Positions 8,153 to 16,662 are shown, counted from the stretch's first letter. The stretch is DNA of 38,083 bases from a virus (IMGVR_UViG_2913192161_000003:1-38083); one strand, 5' to 3'. The notes: generated from the letters alone by a model not told the origin. Made by a program: numbers and translations.

Positions 8153-8383
8153 ATGAAAAACCCCGCAGTAGAAAAGGCGATTGCCATTGCTGGCAGCCAG
8201 AAAGAGCTGGCGAAACGTTGTGGGAAGGCCCAATCAACGATCTGTGACTGGCTGAATGGCAAGAAGCGAATTTCGCCAGTCCATGTGCTCGACCTTGTTA
8301 ATGCGGTTGATGGGGAGATTAAGGCTTACGAGTTTCGTCCAGATCTCCCAGCAATTTTTCCGCATCCGGGCTCCATCGCCTGA
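8153..8383 (+). CDS. cro: Cro-like HTH regulator
   Basis: ORF 8135..8383; start taken at ATG 8153 (MKNPAVEKAI) after GAGGTG RBS; HTH segment (QKELAKRCGKAQSTICDWLNGKK). Confidence 0.7.
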   Translation: MKNPAVEKAIAIAGSQKELAKRCGKAQSTICDWLNGKKRISPVHVLDLVNAVDGEIKAYEFRPDLPAIFPHPGSIA

Positions 8384-8481
8384 GCCGCGCAACAGCTCAC
8401 CGCTCTTTAACAATCTGGAACCCTATTAAACCGGCTGAGTAATCAGCCAATTATTAACTATTCAACGATAGAGATAGCGAT

Positions 8482-9024
8482 ATGCAATCACTTACGTATC
8501 AACAGAGTACCGGAATACACAGCAGCGTGCTGATAAATCGCGCTCAACCGGAACCGGACAATAATCATGAGTTGATCCGCGCGGCGGTTCGCGGCTGGTC
8601 AGCTGCTATCGACAATCAGGACGTGGTGTCAGCGCTCATCATCAACGAATATCGGGAGCAGGGCGGGACTGCTATCAGCTTCCCGGAAGACATCAGCCGG
8701 GCGCGCCAGAAGCTCTTTCGCTTCCTGGATAACCGCTTCGACTCCGAGCAGTACCGAGAAAACGTGCGGAAACTGACTCCAGCAATCATGGCTGTTCTGC
8801 CGCTGGAATATCGGGAAAAGTTGATGCCGGAAGATAGCCTAATGGCTCGTCTGGTACGCATGGAGAAGGAAACCAGCGAAGCGAAAATTGCCGTCGCAAT
8901 GGATGCGCCACGGCATCAGAAGCTGAAAGAACTGAGCGAGGGGATTGTGGAGATGTACCGCGTTGACCCTGGCTTAACCGGTCCGCTGATGGAAATGGTT
9001 CAAATGATGTTGGGGGTTGTATGA
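8482..9024 (+). CDS. CII-like phage regulatory protein (CP76-like), tentative
   Basis: 180-aa ORF between cro and the replication genes; family by recall and position only. Confidence 0.45.
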   Translation: MQSLTYQQSTGIHSSVLINRAQPEPDNNHELIRAAVRGWSAAIDNQDVVSALIINEYREQGGTAISFPEDISRARQKLFRFLDNRFDSEQYRENVRKLTPAIMAVLPLEYREKLMPEDSLMARLVRMEKETSEAKIAVAMDAPRHQKLKELSEGIVEMYRVDPGLTGPLMEMVQMMLGVV

Positions 9025-9109
9025 CGGTTTCAAAAATGGCGAAAGCCGCTCTGCGCGAACAGAAGCGGCCTTCAGGTGGAATTAACTGGATCAATTCACA
9101 AGAGTAATT

Positions 9110-10111
9110 ATGACAAATATCGCCAGAGTATTCAACTTCCCGGCGCCTGAGCCGGGATACTTCCGGAGCAACAGAATGGAGAACAAAAAGTTCGGCCATT
9201 TCTCTCTGTTCAGAAGTCTCCTTCAAACAGATTGGGCTAAAGATACCGCAAAAATGGCTCTCTGGGTTCGATTGCTGGGAGAGGCTTCCTACCGCGTCAG
9301 AACAGTTGAATTTGCCAATAAGCAATGGGAGCTATCAAATGGTCAACTAGTCACTACAGCGGCCATTCTGGCAAGAAAACTTCGTGATCAGGACGGGAAA
9401 GAAAAGAGTCCACAAGCAGTAACCAGAATGCTTAATTTCTTCATCAAAGAGGGGATGATAAGCACTGAAGGAAACCGGTTTGGAACAGTGATAACCATCA
9501 CAAATTACGCCTCGTATCAGGTCGCTTTACCCGATGAACCTTCCGATGAACCTTCCGACAAAGGAAAAGGCAGTAATGGCGCGGGTTTGAGGTTGGTAGC
9601 CGATGAACCATCCGATAAACCAACCGATGAACAGAACAAGACATTAACTAACAATAATAAAAACAATAAGACCTCTACGTCCGAGAATTCTGACGAATCC
9701 TCTGACAAGCTTGGAAAGAAACCTCCTGTCTTGAAACCTGAAGCGGCAATTCAGAGCGGCACAAAGTGGGGTAACTCAGAAGACCTTCGCTGTGCAGAGT
9801 GGCTCTTCGATGTCGTGCAAAGCATCTCTTCGTCTGCCAGAAAACCGAACTATGCAGCATGGACCAATGATATTCGCCTGATGCGAGAGCGTGACCAGAG
9901 AACTCACAAGGAGATCGCCACACTGTTCAAGTGGGCCTGTGAAGACAAATTCTGGAAGGGAAACGTGCTTTGCCCTTCAACACTGCGTGAGAAGTGGACG
10001 CAGCTCGATATCCAGCGCACGAAACAAATCACTGGTGAAACCAGAACGACAGGTAACAAGCCAGAACTCGACTTCAACAACACTGACTGGGCCTATGAGG
10101 TTATGCGATGA
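9110..10111 (+). CDS. O: Replication initiator (lambda O-like)
   Basis: 333 aa; internal acidic linker encoded by the iteron repeats; immediately followed by, and ATGA-coupled to, the P-like gene. Confidence 0.7.
   Translation: MTNIARVFNFPAPEPGYFRSNRMENKKFGHFSLFRSLLQTDWAKDTAKMALWVRLLGEASYRVRTVEFANKQWELSNGQLVTTAAILARKLRDQDGKEKSPQAVTRMLNFFIKEGMISTEGNRFGTVITITNYASYQVALPDEPSDEPSDKGKGSNGAGLRLVADEPSDKPTDEQNKTLTNNNKNNKTSTSENSDESSDKLGKKPPVLKPEAAIQSGTKWGNSEDLRCAEWLFDVVQSISSSARKPNYAAWTNDIRLMRERDQRTHKEIATLFKWACEDKFWKGNVLCPSTLREKWTQLDIQRTKQITGETRTTGNKPELDFNNTDWAYEVMR
9531..9670. repeat. Putative origin of replication: five 12-bp iterons plus AT-rich tract inside the O-like gene
   Basis: CCGATGAACCTT x2 (9531-9554), CCGATGAACCAT, CCGATAAACCAA, CCGATGAACAGA (9600-9635), then AT-rich 9636-9670. 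Confidence 0.6.
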
Positions 10112-10797
10112 AATCTTTTGCAGAGCAGTTACGTAACCACGACCGTGAGCAGATGAGCCGCATAGCCCATAACCTGCCAGAGCAGTACCAGGAGCGCGCG
10201 CCGGTTGAGCAGGTGGCTCTGGTATTCAACGGACTGTTAAACCAGCTGCGTGCCGCGTTTCCGGCCAGCATGGCTAACTTCCGCACCCAGGACGACCTGA
10301 ACGAATTCCGCCGTCAGTGGCTGCTGGCGTTTCAGGAGAATGGGATCCACTCAATGACCCAGGTTGATGCCGGTATGCGTATAGCACGCCGCCAGGAGCG
10401 CCCATTTCTGCCGTCGCCGGGCCAGTTCGTCGCTTGGTGCAAGCAGAGTGGCGGGGTACTGGGTATCACCATTGAACAGGTGATCACCGAATACTGGGAC
10501 TGGCGTAACCGTTCGTTCGAATTCACCTCCAGCGAGCAATTCCCCTGGTCACAGCCGGTCATGTACCACATCTGCCTCGAACTTCGCCACCGCAGCACAG
10601 AGCGCCAGTTAACGCATGGTGAGCTGGCGCGTGAGGCCGGTGTCCTGCTGGACATGTGGGAGAAGCGTGTCTGTGATGGTAAGCCAGTGCCGCCTGTGCG
10701 TCGGGCAATTGCCGCACCAGTTGCCGATCGAGGACCGACGCCTATCCAACTGCTGCAGGCGAAGTACAACCGCAACAAGTCGAGCGGAATGGTGTGA
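10108..10797 (+). CDS. P: Replication protein P (lambda P-like helicase loader)
   Basis: Collinear similarity to lambda P recalled from memory (FxREQMxRIAxNxPEQY, RPFLPSPGQFVAWC). Confidence 0.85.
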   Translation: MKSFAEQLRNHDREQMSRIAHNLPEQYQERAPVEQVALVFNGLLNQLRAAFPASMANFRTQDDLNEFRRQWLLAFQENGIHSMTQVDAGMRIARRQERPFLPSPGQFVAWCKQSGGVLGITIEQVITEYWDWRNRSFEFTSSEQFPWSQPVMYHICLELRHRSTERQLTHGELAREAGVLLDMWEKRVCDGKPVPPVRRAIAAPVADRGPTPIQLLQAKYNRNKSSGMV

Positions 10798-10798
10798 G

Positions 10799-11092
10799 AT
10801 GACTGGTAAGCAGGCAATTCTTAACTACCTAAAGACGCATAAAAATTTTTGTGCGCCTGATGTATCAGCAGCCAGCGGAACAACGATGACCAGCATCAAT
10901 CAGGCTGCAAACATCATGTTTCATGACGGAGTAATTGTCCCTGAAGGAAGGGTATGGAGAACGGTGTATTACCGATACTCCACAGAAGCGGAACGTGAAG
11001 GCCTCGTTAGTACCAACGGGATATTTCAGGAATGCAAGAACTCGGCAGCAATGCAGCGTGTACTGGCGTTTTACGGGAGAACATCAGCGTGA
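10799..11092 (+). CDS. Hypothetical protein (97 aa)
   Basis: ORF 10616..11092 overlaps P; start taken at ATG 10799 just after the P stop (MTGKQAILNYLK...). Confidence 0.45.
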   Translation: MTGKQAILNYLKTHKNFCAPDVSAASGTTMTSINQAANIMFHDGVIVPEGRVWRTVYYRYSTEAEREGLVSTNGIFQECKNSAAMQRVLAFYGRTSA

Positions 11093-11247
11093 AACCAACT
11101 TATCAAGAACTGGAACTGCAACTTGCCGAGTCACATAGCGAGTTCCGGGCAGCAGACGCGACTATTCACAATCTGGAACTGAAACTCACCGATATGGCAG
11201 TACATCTCGCTAACGCCGAGAGCAAGTGCAGGGAGCTGGCGGCGTAG
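11089..11247 (+). CDS. Small coiled-coil protein (52 aa), tentative
   Basis: GTG start overlapping the upstream stop; helical sequence. Confidence 0.3.
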   Translation: MKPTYQELELQLAESHSEFRAADATIHNLELKLTDMAVHLANAESKCRELAA

Positions 11248-11271
11248 AATGTAACCGACGATGAGCGAATT

Positions 11272-11394
11272 ATGGCTATAGAGGGTATTCATAACTGCGA
11301 ACAGTGCGGTGATGAATTTTTTGAAACACAGAGCCGCAGTGTCACCGACTGGATGCCGCTGCCAGAACCGCCGAAGGAGGTTAACCGTGGCTAA
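11272..11394 (+). CDS. Small CxxC protein (40 aa), tentative
   Basis: Hand-translated MAIEGIHNCEQCGDEFF...; stop overlaps the next GTG start. Confidence 0.25.
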   Translation: MAIEGIHNCEQCGDEFFETQSRSVTDWMPLPEPPKEVNRG

Positions 11395-11668
11395 CCTGCA
11401 ACTTGCAGTCAAAGGTGAATACTTCGATGCCATGATTCGCGGAGAGAAAACGGAAGAGTATCGCCTTGTTAATGACTACTGGAAAAAGCGCCTCTTTAAC
11501 CGCGAGTATGACCGTCTGATCATCACAAAAGGATATCCGAAGCGCGATGATTCCAGTCGTAGAATTGACGTCCCGTATGGCGGATATGAAATCAAGGTAA
11601 TAACACATCCGCACTTCGGCCCTGATCCGGTTAAAGTTTTTGCTATAAAGGTGAGCATTAATACTTAA
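11387..11668 (+). CDS. Hypothetical protein, possibly ASCH-like
   Basis: ORF 11309..11668; start taken at GTG 11387 after GGAGG RBS; the KGEYFDAMIRGEKTEEYR segment resembles ASCH-domain N-termini (weak). Confidence 0.4.
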   Translation: MANLQLAVKGEYFDAMIRGEKTEEYRLVNDYWKKRLFNREYDRLIITKGYPKRDDSSRRIDVPYGGYEIKVITHPHFGPDPVKVFAIKVSINT

Positions 11669-11717
11669 ACCATTTTAAACTCAGTCTCGATCCGGTTTAC
11701 CTAAAGCAGGAGAGTTA

Positions 11718-11990
11718 ATGATGGAAAAGGTGAAGGTTTTTACACGAGAACATTTCAGTGACTATATGGATGCTGAATATATTTATTCTACCCGGCAGGG
11801 GAGGAATGGGCCGGTAGCAAATCATCAAATCACTATAGAAAAGAGTGAGCTAAGTGATGGCCTTTTCCTGGGCATGCCCTACAAGATGGCCATAAGCTTG
11901 AACGTGGTTGGGGCCGAAGATGGGTATAGAGATTATTATTTTGTCCACGATACAGCCGATGGGTATGTTTTTCAGACCAACCCCGGATAA
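11718..11990 (+). CDS. Hypothetical protein (90 aa)
   Basis: AGGAGA RBS upstream of ATG. Confidence 0.5.
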   Translation: MMEKVKVFTREHFSDYMDAEYIYSTRQGRNGPVANHQITIEKSELSDGLFLGMPYKMAISLNVVGAEDGYRDYYFVHDTADGYVFQTNPG

Positions 11991-12167
11991 TTGATTTTCT
12001 GAAATCAACCAGCCATAATCGCGTCATCGGAGCCTGAACAACTTCGATGACTTCTGCGCATTTAAGGGGACTTAAATGCGACCACAATCTGAACTCTTCA
12101 CCTTGTCACAGATGCAGAAATGCACCTGCGATTTTCTGCATTCTGCGTTACCTCCCGGAGGTGGCGT

Positions 12168-12617
12168 GTGAAGCAACAATTCCACCTCATGAACGACGCC
12201 ATCAAGCAGAACGCTATCAACTACATCCGCCAGTTGCCGGTGGATGCCAGACGACCACTGATTCTCGACATCAAGGAGATGACGCGCACGCTGGATCAGA
12301 ATCGCAAGATGTGGCCGTTACTGAAAGACCTCTCTGACCAGGTAACCTGGTTCGGCAATAAGTACGACCCTGACGACTGGAAAGACCTGATCACCGCGAT
12401 GGTCGCCAAGGCCAAAAAGCAAGAGCAGAGGATGGCACCTGGTCTCGACGGCGGCGTTGTGATGTTCGGTCAGCGTACAAGCAAGATGACCGTTCGGCAG
12501 ATGGTTGAAGTCATTGAGGCTATCTACTGGTTCGGTACGCAGCAGAGCGTGAAGTTCAGCGAGAAATCCCGCCTCGAAATCGAATGGGCGAAACAGTGGG
12601 GTGAGAAGCATGGCTAA
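12168..12617 (+). CDS. ninB: NinB recombination protein
   Basis: Strong similarity to lambda NinB recalled from memory (LDQNRKMW, VIGQRTSxM, LEIEWAKQWG); start taken at GTG 12168 after GGAGGTG. Confidence 0.8.
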   Translation: MKQQFHLMNDAIKQNAINYIRQLPVDARRPLILDIKEMTRTLDQNRKMWPLLKDLSDQVTWFGNKYDPDDWKDLITAMVAKAKKQEQRMAPGLDGGVVMFGQRTSKMTVRQMVEVIEAIYWFGTQQSVKFSEKSRLEIEWAKQWGEKHG

Positions 12618-12780
12618 CCTCATCAATCGCGTCATGAATGGAGGCATCTACAAAGTACCGGCGCACAGCAAGCGTAAGCCGGAACTGAGCCCATCAGAAA
12701 TACCCACTCTCAAAGATTACACATCCCGCCTAGTGGATCAGAAATGGCTGCGTCTCGCGGCACGGAGGCAGCATGGCTAA
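12610..12780 (+). CDS. Small basic protein, possibly NinE-like
   Basis: 56 aa hand-translated; C-terminus WLRLAARRQ resembles the lambda NinE C-terminus; overlaps the ninB stop. Confidence 0.35.
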   Translation: MANLINRVMNGGIYKVPAHSKRKPELSPSEIPTLKDYTSRLVDQKWLRLAARRQHG

Positions 12781-13063
12781 TTTGTGCAAAGCAGCACGCG
12801 GGCGCGAATGCCAGGTGCGGATCCCTGGGATATGCAACGGAAACTCTGAAACTTCGGTGCTGGCACATATCCGTATAGCTGGTCTATGCGGTACCGGAAT
12901 CAAGCCGCCTGACCTGATCGCCACCATCGCATGTAGCAGCTGCCACGACGAGATTGATCGCCGTACGCGTCTTGTCGATGCGGAATATGCGAAGGAGTGC
13001 GCGCTGGAAGGCATGGCACGCACGCAGGTTATTTGGCTGAAAGAGGGGCTCGTGAAGATATGA
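12773..13063 (+). CDS. YbcO-like protein (DUF1364, putative nuclease)
   Basis: 96 aa cysteine-rich; resembles DLP12 YbcO (recall) and holds the same nin-region position before rusA. Confidence 0.6.
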   Translation: MANLCKAARGRECQVRIPGICNGNSETSVLAHIRIAGLCGTGIKPPDLIATIACSSCHDEIDRRTRLVDAEYAKECALEGMARTQVIWLKEGLVKI

Positions 13064-13419
13064 ATATTTACGATATTACTCCTGTCAGCAAACCTCGCAT
13101 GACTCAACGGGACAGATGGGTAAAACGTCCGGGAACAGCAGCGTATTGGGCTTTTAAAGCCGAAGTACGCCTGCTAGGGATCTGCCTGCCTGAATCCGGT
13201 TATCACGTCACCTTCATCATTCCCATGCCAAAAAGCTGGAGCCAGAAGAAGCGGGCACAACTGAATGGCCATGCTCATCAGCAGAAACCGGATAAAGACA
13301 ACTTGGAAAAGGCGTTACTCGATGCCATTTTCGACGACGACAGCCGCGTCTGGGATGGCCGGGTGACAAAGCTCTGGGGAGAGAAAGGGCAGATCATTAT
13401 TGGGGAGTGTGCGCCGTGA
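13060..13419 (+). CDS. rusA: RusA-family Holliday junction resolvase
   Basis: ORF 12997..13419; start at ATG 13060 overlapping the upstream stop; acidic motif KPDKDNLEKALLDAIFDDD resembles the RusA catalytic DxDN region. Confidence 0.65.
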   Translation: MNIYDITPVSKPRMTQRDRWVKRPGTAAYWAFKAEVRLLGICLPESGYHVTFIIPMPKSWSQKKRAQLNGHAHQQKPDKDNLEKALLDAIFDDDSRVWDGRVTKLWGEKGQIIIGECAP

Positions 13420-13526
13420 CCAGAGACGAGATAGCACGGTACCAGGCAGAAAGCGTTAAGCGCGCCAGCATGCCACCAATAGCAAAGCACACTAAAACCA
13501 GCCAACCACAGAAGGAAGCCGCTTAA
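13416..13526 (+). CDS. Small hypothetical protein (36 aa)
   Basis: GTG start overlapping the rusA stop; stop overlaps the Q start. Confidence 0.25.
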   Translation: MTRDEIARYQAESVKRASMPPIAKHTKTSQPQKEAA

Positions 13527-14215
13527 TGAACACTCAATACCTCGAATACGTTCGCCAGCAGCTGATTGTGGCCACGGCAGATATGAGCGGAGCAACGAAA
13601 GGTCAACTGGTAGCATTCGCCGAGAACGCGATGTTTACAGCCACTCTACGCAGCCGGGGCAGGATGAAGGTGGTCAACCCGGTGAACGGGCGTTTAATGA
13701 ATCCCAATAACCCGCCGATCCCCGGCCAGCAGTCACGCGCGAAAGGCTCCCACATTCCACTGGTCAACCCGGTGGAGTTCTCTACAGCATCATGGCGCCG
13801 CGCGGTACTGTCGTTGGACGAACACCAGAGGGCGTGGCTGCTATGGAGCTACAGCGAGAACGTGCGCTTCGAATATCAGGTGGCGATAACCCAGTGGGCG
13901 TGGGCAGAGTTCCTGGAGCAGCTCGTCGCGAAGAAGATGGCTGGCAAGACGATGGAGCGCCTGAAGAAGCTTATCTGGCTGGCGGCGCAGGACGTCAAAG
14001 CGGAGTTGGCGGGTAAGGATGCCTACGAATACCAGGCGCTGGCAGAACTTGCTGGCGTGGCGAAATCCACTTGGACAGAAACCTATCTTCCTCACTGGCT
14101 GGCAATGCGCAACAGCTTTAAGCGGCTCGATAGCGGCTCGCTTATGGCCGTAACGCGATCACGATCACAACAAAAGTCGACAAATTATCAGCAAGATATT
14201 GCAAAACCGAACTGA
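13526..14215 (+). CDS. Late-gene antiterminator Q-like protein
   Basis: 229 aa at the end of the nin region, immediately upstream of tandem intrinsic terminators and the lysis cassette; family by position and recall. Confidence 0.6.
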   Translation: MNTQYLEYVRQQLIVATADMSGATKGQLVAFAENAMFTATLRSRGRMKVVNPVNGRLMNPNNPPIPGQQSRAKGSHIPLVNPVEFSTASWRRAVLSLDEHQRAWLLWSYSENVRFEYQVAITQWAWAEFLEQLVAKKMAGKTMERLKKLIWLAAQDVKAELAGKDAYEYQALAELAGVAKSTWTETYLPHWLAMRNSFKRLDSGSLMAVTRSRSQQKSTNYQQDIAKPN

Positions 14216-14219
14216 AACG

Positions 14220-14283
14220 CTTATATTTCATGTAAATCTGATATCGTCGCCATAGCTTTGGTTGTCGACCGAATTACAAAAAT
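14220..14283 (+). promoter_or_regulatory. Putative late promoter / Q-utilisation region
   Basis: Positional inference only (between the Q stop and the first terminator); exact -35/-10 not resolved. Confidence 0.3.
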
Positions 14284-14311
14284 AGCCCCAGTTAATCGCT
14301 GGGGCTTTTTC
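14284..14311 (+). terminator. Rho-independent terminator (tR-prime-like)
   Basis: Stem AGCCCC/GGGGCT with 11-nt loop followed by TTTTT. Confidence 0.7.
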
Positions 14312-14369
14312 GTATCTGGATACCTACCAGGACCATAAGAGCGAAAGCTCAACGCACCACCCTCATCTT

Positions 14370-14396
14370 GCCCACTGCGCCGTGGGCTCTTTATTC
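14370..14396 (+). terminator. Second rho-independent terminator
   Basis: Stem GCCCAC/GTGGGC, 6-nt loop, followed by TCTTTATT. Confidence 0.55.
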
Positions 14397-14470
14397 AGGC
14401 CGCCGACAATCACCTTCATATGCCACGTAGCTATCGTGTCGGACGGCCTACCTCTATACACGGAATAACT

Positions 14471-14869
14471 ATGTCTGAGCCAATCACAATTGCCAGTGGG
14501 GTGACCTCCGCTACGGTAGGGATCACTTTCGCTACGATGTTCCCGGAGGCGACGCCTGGCGTAATGTTATGTGCGCTGGCCGGGGCGGCAATGTATGTGC
14601 TGACCTCAGAGCCTCATCAACTCTGGAAGCAGATGCTCTTCGCGGTCATCTCGTTCATGGGCGGCGTGTTCTTCTCCGTTCCCATGGCCAAGATTCTCGC
14701 CGGGGTTATTAACACAGCTCTCGGGCTGTTGCAGCCGCCGGTCAGTATCGAAGTTTCACCGAATGTCGGTGCACTGGTATCCGCTTCCATTTCCGTCGCA
14801 GTCCTGCTTCGAATCGTCGCCAAGTCACGGCGCGGAAAGATGCCTGGACTGGAGGAGGAAGGGAAATGA
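14471..14869 (+). CDS. Putative holin (multi-TM membrane protein)
   Basis: ORF 14420..14869; start taken at MSEPIT (14471); several hydrophobic segments and a charged C-terminus; first gene of the lysis cassette. Confidence 0.5.
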   Translation: MSEPITIASGVTSATVGITFATMFPEATPGVMLCALAGAAMYVLTSEPHQLWKQMLFAVISFMGGVFFSVPMAKILAGVINTALGLLQPPVSIEVSPNVGALVSASISVAVLLRIVAKSRRGKMPGLEEEGK

Positions 14870-15141
14870 CATGGCATTCCGTCATCCTGGATGCAAACGC
14901 GATCATCTGTATGGCGATCGTGATGCGTCTGATGTTCTTCAGTAAAGCCGGGAAGACACACCGACCCGGTTACGCGTGGATGGCTTACCTGCTTATTCTG
15001 GCTGCAGGCTTCACCGCTTTCCGTATTCTCCTCGGCCACTACAGCAACGTTGATCCGGGTGAGTTATTTCTCAATCTGGCAATCTGTATTGCTGTCTGGC
15101 GAGCCAAAGGCAATCTGGCGAAAGTCGTAAGGGCTGAATGA
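14866..15141 (+). CDS. Second lysis-cassette membrane protein (holin/antiholin-like)
   Basis: 91 aa with two or three hydrophobic helices; coupled between the holin and endolysin genes. Confidence 0.5.
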   Translation: MTWHSVILDANAIICMAIVMRLMFFSKAGKTHRPGYAWMAYLLILAAGFTAFRILLGHYSNVDPGELFLNLAICIAVWRAKGNLAKVVRAE

Positions 15142-15683
15142 TGACCAAAGACGATATCTTCAACAGCATCCTCGGCAAAGAAGGTGGCTACGTTAATCAC
15201 CCGAACGACAAAGGCGGTCCCACGAACTGGGGAATTACTCAGGCAACGGCACGCGCACATGGCTATACCGGTGATATGCGTAATCTGACGCGCCAGCAAG
15301 CCCTGGAAATCCTTGAGGCTGATTACTGGTATGGCCCACGCTTCGACCAGGTTGCTGCTGTATCACCGGATATTGCCGCCGAACTCTGTGACACCGGAGT
15401 GAACATGGGGCCATCAGTGCAGGTGAAATGGTTCCAGCGTTGGCTGAACGTATTCAACAACCAGCAGCAACTCTATCCCGACCTGATTGCCGATGGCCAG
15501 ATAGGTCCGCGCAGCATCAGCGCCTTGAAGTCCTTCCTGGCGAAACGCGGAAGTGAAGGGGAGGAGGTATTGCTCCGATCACTGAACTGCAGCCAGGGTC
15601 AGCGTTATCTCGAACTGGCAGAACAGCGCCCGGCTAATGAGTCGTTCGTTTATGGCTGGGTGCGGGAGCGTGTAAGCCTATGA
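15138..15683 (+). CDS. Endolysin: GH108 N-acetylmuramidase with PG-binding domain
   Basis: N-terminal GH108 signature (GKEGGYVNHPNDKGGPTNWGIT) plus a C-terminal PG_binding_3-like region. Confidence 0.85.
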   Translation: MMTKDDIFNSILGKEGGYVNHPNDKGGPTNWGITQATARAHGYTGDMRNLTRQQALEILEADYWYGPRFDQVAAVSPDIAAELCDTGVNMGPSVQVKWFQRWLNVFNNQQQLYPDLIADGQIGPRSISALKSFLAKRGSEGEEVLLRSLNCSQGQRYLELAEQRPANESFVYGWVRERVSL

Positions 15684-15952
15684 CGAAACTGAAAGCCATA
15701 CTGGCGTTTATCGCCGCTGCTGCACTGATGGTGCTCGCAGCGTTCGGCTTGGGTAGCATGCGTGGCCGCGAGAAAGCCGAAGCAAAAGCTGATAAGCAGC
15801 ATACCGATGATAACGCCGCAGCCACCAAAGCAGCCGCAGACCGCCGCGTCGAAGTAACCAAAGAGGCCAGCAATGTACAGCAGACTGTTAGCCATATGCC
15901 TGATGACGACGTTGATCGTGAGCTGCGCTCAAACTGGACCCGCAAAGGTTGA
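15680..15952 (+). CDS. i-spanin (Rz-like)
   Basis: N-terminal TM helix followed by a charged periplasmic domain, directly after the endolysin. Confidence 0.55.
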   Translation: MTKLKAILAFIAAAALMVLAAFGLGSMRGREKAEAKADKQHTDDNAAATKAAADRRVEVTKEASNVQQTVSHMPDDDVDRELRSNWTRKG

Positions 15953-16109
15953 GTTAATCGACACTGGCTGTGACTGGGTGAGGCCAATTTATCTCACGGA
16001 AAACGATATCACCGTCATGGACAAGCAGACGAAGCGCGATGTGCTGGTGCATAACCGAGCGTGGAAATCTAATTGTTCGGTTCGAAATTCACAATCTGAT
16101 CGCCTATAG
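15873..16109 (+). CDS. o-spanin (Rz1-like lipoprotein), overlapping the i-spanin in another frame
   Basis: Signal peptide with lipobox-like IVSC (MYSRLLAICLMTTLIVSCAQ); starts inside the i-spanin gene. Confidence 0.5.
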   Translation: MYSRLLAICLMTTLIVSCAQTGPAKVELIDTGCDWVRPIYLTENDITVMDKQTKRDVLVHNRAWKSNCSVRNSQSDRL

Positions 16110-16581
16110 CTAGGGCTAGCTCAAAGAAACGTATGCATTCATCAATTGCTTCTTTATCAAAACCATTAGTATTGACATACGATCCTTCTTTGAAGTCCTG
16201 AGCCAAAGCTTGAAGTATTTGATGGTATTGGACTAATAACTTCGTTCTTTCTACACCCAGTAAACCAACCTTATTCAGGTTAGCATTATAAAACCTGGAG
16301 AAGTTGTCAGGTATCAAGATCGTGTAATAAACCTTTTCTCCAGCTAGGACTTCTGGGTGGTTAGCCATGGAGGTGAATGCCTCTAAATATTTCCTTTCCC
16401 TCATGACTTTTTGCAGTGACTCAACTTCCGCAACAAAGCCAGCAGCAAATGATAGTTTTTCAATGTCGTGATTACCACGACTGATTCGGTAGTTCACCCA
16501 TCCAGAGATACTTGCGCCTATGCATGCACCTATTAGGCCTGAGCATGCTGCGATTAATTGATTAATTGTGGTGATTTCCAT
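16069..16581 (-). CDS. Opposite-strand cargo gene: membrane-anchored protein of unknown function (170 aa)
   Basis: Only minus-strand gene in the plus-strand late block; AT-rich compared with flanks; N-terminal TM helix (INQLIAACSGLIGACIGASISGWV) plus about 140-aa soluble domain; lies where bor lies in lambda but is unrelated to Bor in sequence. Confidence 0.6.
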   Translation of the reverse strand: MEITTINQLIAACSGLIGACIGASISGWVNYRISRGNHDIEKLSFAAGFVAEVESLQKVMRERKYLEAFTSMANHPEVLAGEKVYYTILIPDNFSRFYNANLNKVGLLGVERTKLLVQYHQILQALAQDFKEGSYVNTNGFDKEAIDECIRFFELALAIGDQIVNFEPNN

Positions 16582-16662
16582 TACGACCCAACCTTCAGCT
16601 TTGTGATGAAGAACATACTATTTCATCAGTTAATAACAGAATTGCAAGTTTAAGGAGTACGC

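Noticed and set aside
8786-9325. Minus-strand ORF of 179 aa spanning the CII-like/O junction
   Set aside because: Antisense to two well-supported plus-strand genes and crosses their intergenic region; no RBS; would break the plus-strand operon logic.
9531-9635. Tandem 12-bp repeats considered as a CRISPR-like or mobile-element repeat array
   Set aside because: The repeats are in-frame inside the O-like gene, have no spacers of unique sequence, and are followed by an AT-rich tract, so they fit replication-origin iterons rather than CRISPR or an IS element.
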